A stretch of 35,292 nt of DNA from Nitrospira sp. (GTDB lineage: Bacteria; Nitrospirota; Nitrospiria; Nitrospirales; Nitrospiraceae): NCBI GenBank assembly GCA_036277675.1, contig DASUMN010000063.1, positions 1 to 35,292 of the forward strand, given 5' to 3'. This document shows positions 9,013-17,036 of the stretch, piece by piece. The notes under the pieces were generated by a model that worked only from the letters and a program-made list of their open reading frames with translations, made no database searches and was not told the DNA's origin. Each line of letters begins with the position of its first letter. The stretch's first letter is position 1. The translations under genes and the position numbers were made by a program.

Positions 9013-9156
9013 ATGTTGAACGATCTCGCGCACACGATCCGACGCATCTTGGATCGGCCCATACCGCCTGCGAGCGTGCCATTGGACTCTGCCCGATCTG
9101 TCACCCTGTCCGAAGTATCGAGTGAGGAGTTGGATGCCGTCGGTTCTCGTCGTTGA
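9013..9156 (+). pseudogene. Possible C-terminal remnant of a receiver domain / hybrid kinase
   Basis: 47-codon ORF starting MLNDLAHTIRRILDR, similar to TLETLARTIRELLDR at the end of the hybrid kinase 30048-31637. Its stop overlaps the next gene. Confidence 0.4.
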
Positions 9157-9505
9157 TGATGAAGATCCGGTTCGCTCGCTGATCCGGGAAATCCTGGAGC
9201 AGGCTGGGTATGCCGTGGAGGAGGCCCGCGATGGGAAAGAGGGATTGGAACGGTATCGGAATAAGCCGGCCGACGTGGTCCTGATGGATGTGTTGATGCC
9301 CGATCAAGACGGTCTGGAAAGTATCCTGCTCCTTCGCCGTGAGTTTCCCGCCTCTCGTGTCATTGCGATGACCGGAGGCAGCGACATGATCGGCATTCTG
9401 AATTTCTTGGATGTGGCGAAGATGATGGGTGCCTGCAGGACTCTCCGCAAGCCGTTTGAATTGCAAACGCTACTCGATACCGTTGGTGCTGAGGTGCCCG
9501 CCTAG
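9134..9505 (+). CDS. Single-domain response regulator (receiver)
   Basis: VLVVDDE, VLMDVLMPDQDG, IAMTG, KPF; GAGGAG RBS before ATG 9134. Confidence 0.9.
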   Translation: MPSVLVVDDEDPVRSLIREILEQAGYAVEEARDGKEGLERYRNKPADVVLMDVLMPDQDGLESILLLRREFPASRVIAMTGGSDMIGILNFLDVAKMMGACRTLRKPFELQTLLDTVGAEVPA

Positions 9506-9608
9506 CTCCTGTTCCCGTGCGTTTACCCGGACCCTTGCCGGACCCTTGATTGACATCGCACCACGTCCCGGTCAGACTTGGCCGCACGATGTCCTCGGCC
9601 ACTACGAT

Positions 9609-10031
9609 ATGATTCTCCTGAATCTGTTCCTCTGCGTCATTGTCACGACCGTAGGATTCTGGATTCTCTGGGGAGCCGAATGGCCCCTTGTCATCGCCGG
9701 GTGGGCACTGGTTGCAGGCGGATTCCTCTGGTGGAGAGCTCGGTCCGTTGCGGAACTGTGGGCGTGGGCGACTCTGGGATTGGGCCTGGAAAGCTTTATC
9801 TGGCCGATCCTGGTGATGACCCAGCTCAAGCAGGTGTCTGAGACACCCTCTGACGAGGAGCTGGGGACGATTCTGTCGGCCGTCGTGTTCGGTCTGTTCT
9901 CATCCGTCTTCTGGATCTCTTTTTCCTACGGCCTGTTCAAGCGGGCGTGGAAATCCACATCCGGCTCGGCCAGCATCACCACATCTGACGGAAAGACCTC
10001 ACGCCCTGCGAAACGAAACAAGGCTGGCTAA
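9609..10031 (+). CDS. Hypothetical membrane protein (~4 TM)
   Basis: Four hydrophobic Trp-rich segments from MILLNLFLC and a basic C-terminal tail. Start chosen at the onset of the hydrophobic segment. Confidence 0.7.
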   Translation: MILLNLFLCVIVTTVGFWILWGAEWPLVIAGWALVAGGFLWWRARSVAELWAWATLGLGLESFIWPILVMTQLKQVSETPSDEELGTILSAVVFGLFSSVFWISFSYGLFKRAWKSTSGSASITTSDGKTSRPAKRNKAG

Positions 10032-12061
10032 GTCAATTCGACCGGGTCGATATCGACGACGAATTTGATTCGCTTCTTTCGGTAGTCCTGCTCCATCTGG
10101 CCGACTGACGTCTGGATCAGGCGGCACAGGCCGTCATGATCGGCCCCTTTCACAAGGGTCTGAAACCGATGAAGGCCTTTCGGCCGCTTCCCCATGGCCG
10201 GCACCGGTCCTAACATGGACGGTGGTACCTCTGTCCCGACTGATTGTTCGAGACAGAATCGCCACCGCTTGGCGGCCGTTTCAACCTCCTGCTGATCTTT
10301 TCCCGATACCGACAGAGCGGCGAGGTAACAGGCCGGCGGGTAGTTCAGCAACCGTCGCGCCGCGAGTTCTTCATCGTAAAACCGCTGTGGGTCAGCTGAG
10401 AGCACAGCTTGCACGGCATGGTGTGCGGGAAGCCGCGTCTGCACAATAACCCGACCGCCTTTCAAATCGGGCCGGGCAATACTCACGGCCTCGTCCAACA
10501 ACTGATAGGTGCGCTCAGCGGCGCGAAAGTCAGGGATGTGCAATCCTGAATCGGCCTGCATGATCCCGACCACTCCCCTACACGGGAGCGGGCCACGCTG
10601 GAACAGCGCTTGTGTCCCAATCAGAATATCCCAGGCCCCTGACCTGATTCCCTCCCAGGTCTGTCGAACGGCATCCGCACGGTGCAGTGTATCGCGATCA
10701 ACGCGGGCGACCGTGGCGTGAGGGAACAGACGCCGTGCTTCGACTTCTGCCCGTTCGGTCCCATCGCCGACCGTAGTCAGACGAGTGGAGTGGCAGACCG
10801 GGCAGGACTGCGGCAACGCGTCCGCGCTGCCACAGTACCGGCACGCTAATACGCCCGCTTCCCGGCCATAGGCCAGGGCCACGGCACAAGATGGACAACG
10901 GGGCACCCAGCCACAGTCTCGACAGACCAGTGTTCGGGCGTATCCCTTTCGATTTAAAAAGAGCAGCACCCCGGTCTTGTGCTCCAACGCCTCCTGCATG
11001 GCCGCCATGAGCGTCCGGCTGAACAAGGTGCCCGCCGGCTCGTGACGGAGATCCACCAGCTCGACCTTCGGTCGCCGAGCCGGCTCCGGTCGAACCACAT
11101 AGCGTTCGGCATCCCCATCAAAGGCCGATTCAAGAGAAGGATGAGCGGACGCAAGCACAACCAGGGCGCTCTCTTCCCTGGCTCGCATCCACGCGACATC
11201 TCGGGCATGATACCGAGGTTCTTGAGGCTCCTTGAGTGCCGGATCTTCTTCGCCCTCGATCCAAATCAGACCAAGCGATGGGAGCGGGGCAAAGACGATG
11301 GACCTGGTGCCCAGCACAATGGACGGCGTTCCCTCTTGGATTCGCCTCCAATATTCAGACCTGGGCTCCACGTGCGCCAGGGTGATCGGGAGTTTGGTCA
11401 GGTGGGACACTTGCTGTGTCAGCCATTCTGCTTTGGCGAGTCCGCCACAGAGAATCATCACGGATTTGCCCATCGCGTGTGTTTGGCGGATTGCCTCGGC
11501 AAGTCGGACCACTCGTTGCTCCCACGGAGCAGAGAGGACAACTTTCCTTGCCTGATTGGCGCGAAGATGCCCGGCTACCTGCGCCACCCAGAGAGGATCT
11601 GCCTCCACGTGAAGGAGGGACTCCACGATGCACCCCCCGTCAGGGCCAGTGGCCATGAGTTTCGTGCTCCGTCGTCGTGCGGATGCGCGAGCCGGCTCCT
11701 TGGGTAACACCAGCCGAAGACACTGGCCCCACGGAGCAACATAGTGTTCCGCGACCTGACGGGACAACTCGAACAGCACAGCCGAGAGCTCGACACTTCC
11801 CGACCCGTCCGCCAGTGAACGGATTTCCTTGAGGGAGGCGGCCCGTATCCCGCTCGGGAGACGGTTGCTCAAGGCAATCACCACCCCTTCCAGCATCGTT
11901 CGACCGAATGGCACGAGGACCTGCCGGCCGATCGCGAGAGTCTGGGTCAGTGCTGCGGGAACCAGATAGGTAAAGGCCTTGGCAATATGACGAGGCACGA
12001 TGACATCTGCATACAGAGGCTCGTGCCGAACAGGAAGAACAGGCTGTTTATGATGAACCAT
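10028..12061 (-). CDS. priA: Primosomal protein N' (PriA)-like, helicase motifs degenerate
   Basis: N-terminal 3'-binding domain (FTYLVP..VLVPFG), GTRS, PRYHARDVA, LFLNRKGYA, four CxxC pairs, PDFRAAERTYQ, C-terminal VDIDP. Confidence 0.88.
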   Translation of the reverse strand: MVHHKQPVLPVRHEPLYADVIVPRHIAKAFTYLVPAALTQTLAIGRQVLVPFGRTMLEGVVIALSNRLPSGIRAASLKEIRSLADGSGSVELSAVLFELSRQVAEHYVAPWGQCLRLVLPKEPARASARRRSTKLMATGPDGGCIVESLLHVEADPLWVAQVAGHLRANQARKVVLSAPWEQRVVRLAEAIRQTHAMGKSVMILCGGLAKAEWLTQQVSHLTKLPITLAHVEPRSEYWRRIQEGTPSIVLGTRSIVFAPLPSLGLIWIEGEEDPALKEPQEPRYHARDVAWMRAREESALVVLASAHPSLESAFDGDAERYVVRPEPARRPKVELVDLRHEPAGTLFSRTLMAAMQEALEHKTGVLLFLNRKGYARTLVCRDCGWVPRCPSCAVALAYGREAGVLACRYCGSADALPQSCPVCHSTRLTTVGDGTERAEVEARRLFPHATVARVDRDTLHRADAVRQTWEGIRSGAWDILIGTQALFQRGPLPCRGVVGIMQADSGLHIPDFRAAERTYQLLDEAVSIARPDLKGGRVIVQTRLPAHHAVQAVLSADPQRFYDEELAARRLLNYPPACYLAALSVSGKDQQEVETAAKRWRFCLEQSVGTEVPPSMLGPVPAMGKRPKGLHRFQTLVKGADHDGLCRLIQTSVGQMEQDYRKKRIKFVVDIDPVELT

Positions 12062-12066
12062 GCGCC

Positions 12067-12075
12067 ATTGTAGCA
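12067..12075 (-). promoter_or_regulatory. Extended -10 (TGcTACAAT) 5 nt upstream of the priA ATG
   Basis: Minus strand reads TGCTACAAT-GGCGC-ATG with no Shine-Dalgarno. Confidence 0.5.
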
Positions 12076-12164
12076 GTGCGGAAAAAGCGAGGACAACGAG
12101 GCGGATGAGAGTTGGCGATACGCCGTGGGAGAACGGAGCACGCCACCGTGTGGGGAGTCTGCTG

Positions 12165-12193
12165 GCGGAGAGGTTCTTCTCGAACCTCTCCGC
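12165..12193 (-). terminator. 12-bp perfect stem-loop downstream of the OmpA-domain gene
   Basis: GCGGAGAGGTTC-ttctc-GAACCTCTCCGC, 15 bp past the stop at 12209. There is no U-tract, so terminator function is uncertain. Confidence 0.55.
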
Positions 12194-12208
12194 TCAGGTT
12201 AGGATCAG

Positions 12209-13741
12209 CTAGAAGCCTGGGACATTGGCTTCTGGCGATGGATCTTGCTTCGCAGAATCAGACGGACCTGGATTGCCTGTGGAGGGAGTATTCGCCGGAG
12301 TGGAACCATCTCCCCCACTTGCAGGCGCCTGTGACTGCTGCTCACTGCCCGGCGACCCCGAGCCGCGTGCGTCGGAAACGTTCGCGCTGGCCGTTCCATC
12401 TCCCGGTGACGCCTGCCGCTGTTCTCCGACAGAGACCGTCCCGGACTCTGAAGGAGAGGCGGTGCTGGGAGGCGCGGCAGCCGGGTTGTAGAGCAGAATC
12501 TCCACGCGGCGGTTTTTCGTGCGACCCTCCTCACTGGCGTTGGTGACGGCAGGCTTGCTGTCGCCATACCCCACCGCGCTCAGACGGGCAGAATCCACTC
12601 CACCCTTCTCGACCAGATAACGGACGACTCCGCTCGCGCGGGCTTTCGCCAATTCCCAATTGCTGGGATATCGGGACTTCAGCGACGGTCCAATTTCCAC
12701 ATTGTCGGTATGCCCCTCGACTCGGATCAGCCGGGTATCGGCGCTGGTGTGCAGATATTCGATCAGTTGGTCCAAGACCTTATACCCTTCCGGCTTGATC
12801 GCCGCTTCACCGGACTCATAATGAAGGGCATTGGCCAAATCCCCCAGGTTGATACGGGTCTGTCCGGACTCGTCCTGAGTTTTGAGTTTGCCGGCAACGA
12901 GATCGGAGGAGCCAGTTGTCTGGTCGGTCTTGAGTGGAGTCAATTCAACCGGTTGCACAATCGGCATGGACTGACCGATGGCCTTGAACCGGTCTCCTCG
13001 AAATATGCGGGTGGTGGCTTTGACGACGCGAGCCGTTGCCGTCCGTTCTTCAACCGACAACACCTTGAGCTGGCCGATCTTTCTGGTCGGAAGTCCGGCA
13101 CTATGGCGGTGGATATCCAGCAAGTCTCCGGCCTTGAGGCCATCCTCGCTTCCACGATCGACATACACGACGTTCGATTGCGATACCATGGTCATCGTTC
13201 TATCGGCCTGGACTTCCACGATCATGCCGTTCAGATCGACAGTCTCCGATACCGGGCTGGCACCTTCGTGCGGCGACGGAGCCACGAAACGCATGACAGG
13301 ATCACCAGGGGACACTTGTGCGTAGCTGGTCAGGGATTCGACCGTCGTCAGGTCATGACTCGTATCGGTCACCCGTACGACCGCCAGGCGAATCATCACG
13401 AACCCCAGATACTCTTTCGTCACGGGATGAAAGACCTTGCGGGCTCGCTTATACACAGTAAACAGGTCCCCGACCGCGACGTCGGCCGGATTATCGAGCT
13501 TGAGATAGAAGACGTCTTGCCTTCCCATCAGCATTCGATTGCCCGTTGACTGATTATCTCCGGTGATCAGATTGACAATGCCGTCACGCGGCGTGGTTTT
13601 CTGGATGGCCCCGCTTGAGAAAACCATGGCGGCCTCGCCATGCCGCACAGCATCGGCGTTTTGGGTTTGTGCCAATACCCCATCCGGCAGTGCGCCGATA
13701 CCGAACGAGAGGACAAGGATCAATGGCATCAACGTTTTCAT
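12209..13741 (-). CDS. Exported protein with TsaP/FlgT-C-like beta domains and a C-terminal OmpA/MotB peptidoglycan-binding domain
   Basis: Signal peptide MKTLMPLILVLSFGIGA, VYVDRGSEDGLKAGD, OmpA_C motifs VEGHTDN, NWELAKARA, GYGDSKP, NRRVEI, and a Ser/Pro/Gly-rich tail. AAGGA RBS before 13741. Confidence 0.85.
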   Translation of the reverse strand: MKTLMPLILVLSFGIGALPDGVLAQTQNADAVRHGEAAMVFSSGAIQKTTPRDGIVNLITGDNQSTGNRMLMGRQDVFYLKLDNPADVAVGDLFTVYKRARKVFHPVTKEYLGFVMIRLAVVRVTDTSHDLTTVESLTSYAQVSPGDPVMRFVAPSPHEGASPVSETVDLNGMIVEVQADRTMTMVSQSNVVYVDRGSEDGLKAGDLLDIHRHSAGLPTRKIGQLKVLSVEERTATARVVKATTRIFRGDRFKAIGQSMPIVQPVELTPLKTDQTTGSSDLVAGKLKTQDESGQTRINLGDLANALHYESGEAAIKPEGYKVLDQLIEYLHTSADTRLIRVEGHTDNVEIGPSLKSRYPSNWELAKARASGVVRYLVEKGGVDSARLSAVGYGDSKPAVTNASEEGRTKNRRVEILLYNPAAAPPSTASPSESGTVSVGEQRQASPGDGTASANVSDARGSGSPGSEQQSQAPASGGDGSTPANTPSTGNPGPSDSAKQDPSPEANVPGF

Positions 13742-13788
13742 AGGTCTGTTCCTTTGCGAGTTCTGTTCGGACCAATGTTCCTTGGCAA

Positions 13789-13816
13789 ACCATAGCAAAA
13801 CATGCTGTCCTGTCAA
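13789..13816 (-). promoter_or_regulatory. Sigma70-type promoter for the OmpA-domain gene
   Basis: Minus strand TTGACA-N16-TATGGT with TGn extension. Confidence 0.5.
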
Positions 13817-13840
13817 GAATTTGCGCCGATCTCACCGGGT

Positions 13841-13870
13841 TTGACCATCGTGCGTATCCAGTGTTATGGT
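13841..13870 (+). promoter_or_regulatory. Candidate distal sigma70 promoter facing the nuo operon
   Basis: TTGACC-N18-TATGGT with TGn extension. Confidence 0.4.
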
Positions 13871-14287
13871 TTCGGCGTCTTCGATAGCGTTCTGAGAAGC
13901 TCCGCACGGTCCGCGCCATGAACGATCAGCCTCCCTCGTCTGTATCGAGCTCTCCGAAGAAGGAGCGGATCGAGACCCAGATCCACCGCCGGCGGAAGGT
14001 CAGGGCCCGTTCCCCATTGGAGTCGGAGTGGGAGATGTCGCCATCACCTCGTCACGATGAACAACCTCCGCCGCCTACGCCGCGCCCTGGGGGCTGATCC
14101 GATCGTTCTGGATTCACCACCACCCGCCGGATCGTCTCTCTGCAACGCAAGGTCAGGCGCAGTCTTACGTTAGGGCTAGGGCTTTCGGGGCTCACTCAAT
14201 TAGGTCCTTTGTCCGCTTGCTATCCCCACGATTCAACCTCTAAGATTCAAAGTTCTTTCAAGGTCAACACCTTGTGAGGCGAGGGTG

Positions 14288-14668
14288 ATGAGTGATCCCC
14301 ATTTGCTCGACTATTTGACCAAGTTCTTTCCCATCCTGCTCTTTATCTTCGCCGCGCTTGCGTTCGGGGTGGGAACGCTGGTGATCAGCCATTTCGCCCA
14401 GCCCAGGTATCCGGAACCGGAAAAATTATCGGTCTACGAATGTGGCGCCGAACCGTTTTCCGATGCCCGCATGCCATTCCCCGTGCGGTACTATATTTTT
14501 GCCATGCTGTTCGTCATTTTCGACGTGGAAGTGATTTTTCTCTACCCCTGGGCGGTGGTTTTTACCAAGATCGGTGTGATTGGATTGATTGAGATGCTGA
14601 TTTTTATCGGTCTGTTTGTCGTCGCGTACGTGTACGCCTGGCGCAAGGGAGCACTCGAATGGGACTGA
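14288..14668 (+). CDS. nuoA: NADH-quinone oxidoreductase subunit A
   Basis: [28 protein letters not shown]. Confidence 0.96.
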   Translation: MSDPHLLDYLTKFFPILLFIFAALAFGVGTLVISHFAQPRYPEPEKLSVYECGAEPFSDARMPFPVRYYIFAMLFVIFDVEVIFLYPWAVVFTKIGVIGLIEMLIFIGLFVVAYVYAWRKGALEWD

Positions 14669-15186
14669 TCCAGCTGGGGCGGCATGACAAGGACGGCGCT
14701 CCCGATGTCATTACCGGAAGCCTGGAAAAAGCGGTCAATTGGGCGCGCAAAGGCTCCCTGTGGCCCATGACGTTCGGGCTGGCCTGCTGTGCCATCGAGA
14801 TGATGGCCGCCGTCTCGTCGCGGTACGACATGGATCGGTTTGGCGCCGGCGTCTTCCGCGGCTCGCCGCGGCAATCGGACTTGATGATCGTGGCCGGAAC
14901 CGTGTGCCGCCGGATGGCACCGGTGATCAGAAAAATCTACGACCAGATGCCGGAACCGAAATATGTGATCTCGATGGGATCCTGCGCCACATCCGGGAAT
15001 ATCTACGACAGCTACAGCGTGGTGCAAGGAGTCGATCGGTTCGTTCCTGTCGATATCTATGTGCCCGGATGCCCGCCGACGCCCGAGGCGCTCTTCGACG
15101 GCATTTTGAAATTGCAGGAGCGCATCATGCAAAAGCGGGTGTTTGTCTCGCAACCGAAGGAAGTCAAAGCGAACTTCAAGGTGTAA
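14659..15186 (+). CDS. nuoB: NADH-quinone oxidoreductase subunit B
   Basis: [27 protein letters not shown] (N2 ligands). Confidence 0.97.
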   Translation: MGLIQLGRHDKDGAPDVITGSLEKAVNWARKGSLWPMTFGLACCAIEMMAAVSSRYDMDRFGAGVFRGSPRQSDLMIVAGTVCRRMAPVIRKIYDQMPEPKYVISMGSCATSGNIYDSYSVVQGVDRFVPVDIYVPGCPPTPEALFDGILKLQERIMQKRVFVSQPKEVKANFKV

Positions 15187-15196
15187 CGGATATTCC

Positions 15197-15694
15197 ATGC
15201 ATCAACTGGCTCAGCGGATTCAGGATGAGTTCCCCGTCGGCTTTGTCGGCGCGACGGAGTGGCGCGGCGACGTGGCGGTCACGGTCACGCGGGACAGACT
15301 CCACGACATCGCCCAATTTCTTCGTGATGAGCCGGGCATGGATTTCGACTACATCGTCCATGTGAGCTCCGTGGATTGGCCGGACGAGGAGGAACGATTC
15401 GAGGTCGTATGGGAGTTCTACTCTATCCGGAAGCGCCGCCGCATCCGGCTCAAGACGCGAGTGCCTGAGTCTGATTGTATCGTGGACTCTCTGGTGGATC
15501 TCTGGCGAGGGGCAGACTTCATGGAACGTGAAGTCTACGACATGATGGGCATCCGGTTTCGGAATCACCCGGATTTGCGCAGGATCCTGATGCCGGACGA
15601 CTATACCGAAGGCTACCCCCTGCGGAAGGACTTTCCCCTCCGCGGCAAAGGCTGGCGGGATACGTTCGAGTTTCTGGACGAAGTTCCGCAATAA
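15197..15694 (+). CDS. nuoC: NADH-quinone oxidoreductase subunit C
   Basis: EREVYDMMGIRF, HPDLRRILM, PLRKDFPL. Confidence 0.95.
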   Translation: MHQLAQRIQDEFPVGFVGATEWRGDVAVTVTRDRLHDIAQFLRDEPGMDFDYIVHVSSVDWPDEEERFEVVWEFYSIRKRRRIRLKTRVPESDCIVDSLVDLWRGADFMEREVYDMMGIRFRNHPDLRRILMPDDYTEGYPLRKDFPLRGKGWRDTFEFLDEVPQ

Positions 15695-15709
15695 GAGCAC
15701 GGACTGACG

Positions 15710-16954
15710 ATGGCATTCGAAGATCAGAGAACGACGGTCTATAAAGTCGATCCGGAGCATCCGGAGAGCAAGACGCTTCCGACCTTACGGACTGAGGAAC
15801 TGCTCTTGAACATGGGGCCTCAACACCCCAGTACCCACGGAGTGCTCAAGGTTATTTTGGAGTTGGAGGGAGAGCGGCTGGTGAAATCGACGCCGGTCAT
15901 GGGGTACCTCCATCGCGGAGTCGAAAAGCTGGCGGAGGACGGCACCTATCACCAGTTCATTCCTCACACGGACCGGCTCGATTATGTCTGCGCGATGTAC
16001 AACAACTTCGCCTATTGCCGCGCCGTCGAAAAGTTGCTGGAGCTGAAGGTGCCGGACCGGGCTGAGTATCTCAGAACGATCGTCGCAGAGGTGCAGCGTA
16101 TCATCGGCCACCAATTTTGGCTGAGTGCCCAGGCATTGGACATCGGGGCAATGTCTGTCTTTTTCTACTGCTTTCGCGATCGGGAGATTCTGCTCGATTG
16201 GTTCGACGAGCTGTGCGGAGCCCGTCTCACGACCAGCTGGTATCGCATCGGTGGGGTGGAGCGCGACCTCACGCCGTCGCTCATCGAGAAACTGAAGGCC
16301 TTTCTCGACTATCTCCCTCCAAAGATCGACGAATACCAGGTGTTTCTCGAAAAGAACCGTATCTGGTTGGGACGCACGAAGGGCGTGGCCGTGATCTCGG
16401 CCGAGGATGCCATCAGCTTCGGACTAAGCGGACCGACGTTGCGCGGTTCAGGCGTGGATTATGATCTGCGCAAGTATGAGCCCTACAGCGCTTATCCAAA
16501 ATGCGAGTTCAGTGTCCCGGTGGGAAAAAACGGCGACACGTACGACCGCTACTGGATTCGCATGATGGAACTCTACGAGAGCGTGAAGATCATCAAACAA
16601 TGCCTCGAACAAATGGAGGACGGCCCCATCATGGCGGACGTCCCAAGCGTCACCTTGCCGCCCAAGCAGCGGGTCTTCACGAACCTGGAGGCGATGATCC
16701 AACAGTTCAAGCTGTTCTCGGAAGGATTCAAGGCGCCTCCTGGAGAGATTTATTGCGGGACCGAAGCGCACAAGGGCGAGCTGGGGTTCTATATTGTCAG
16801 CACCGGCGGGAGCAAGCCATACCGGCTCAAAATCCGCGCCCCGTCATTCATTCACATGGGCGCGTTCGACCATATGGCCAGAGGGTACATGATTTCGGAC
16901 GCCTGCACGATTTTTGGGACCTACGATATCGTGATGGGGGAATGCGACCGCTAG
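15710..16954 (+). CDS. nuoD: NADH-quinone oxidoreductase subunit D
   Basis: NMGPQHPSTHGVL, GYLHRGVEKL, DRLDY, C-terminal GECDR. Confidence 0.97.
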   Translation: MAFEDQRTTVYKVDPEHPESKTLPTLRTEELLLNMGPQHPSTHGVLKVILELEGERLVKSTPVMGYLHRGVEKLAEDGTYHQFIPHTDRLDYVCAMYNNFAYCRAVEKLLELKVPDRAEYLRTIVAEVQRIIGHQFWLSAQALDIGAMSVFFYCFRDREILLDWFDELCGARLTTSWYRIGGVERDLTPSLIEKLKAFLDYLPPKIDEYQVFLEKNRIWLGRTKGVAVISAEDAISFGLSGPTLRGSGVDYDLRKYEPYSAYPKCEFSVPVGKNGDTYDRYWIRMMELYESVKIIKQCLEQMEDGPIMADVPSVTLPPKQRVFTNLEAMIQQFKLFSEGFKAPPGEIYCGTEAHKGELGFYIVSTGGSKPYRLKIRAPSFIHMGAFDHMARGYMISDACTIFGTYDIVMGECDR

Positions 16955-16958
16955 GGGA

Positions 16959-17028
16959 TGTGACACGTAAACCGTGAAACGAATCGTGGATTCTCTTGCG
17001 ATTAACGACGAACGCTGAACGAGTAACG
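16959..17028. repeat. Two-armed heptamer repeat element in the nuoD-nuoG spacer
   Basis: tgtgaca cgtaaac cgtgaaa ... attaacg acgaacg ctgaacg agtaacg. Confidence 0.6.
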
Positions 17029-17036
17029 AGGCGTCA

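Noticed and set aside
4117-9505. Integrative element or prophage at tRNA-Leu
   Set aside because: No integrase, phage genes or duplicated tRNA 3' end was seen; only signalling genes follow.
13918-14097. 59-codon ORF (MNDQPPSS...) and a faint P-type-ATPase-like phrase (LVTMNNLRRL) in another frame upstream of nuoA
   Set aside because: No clear RBS, low-complexity product, and the similarity is too short and needs a frameshift.
16959-17028. Heptamer arrays as a CRISPR array
   Set aside because: Units are 7 bp and degenerate, with no unique spacers and no cas genes.
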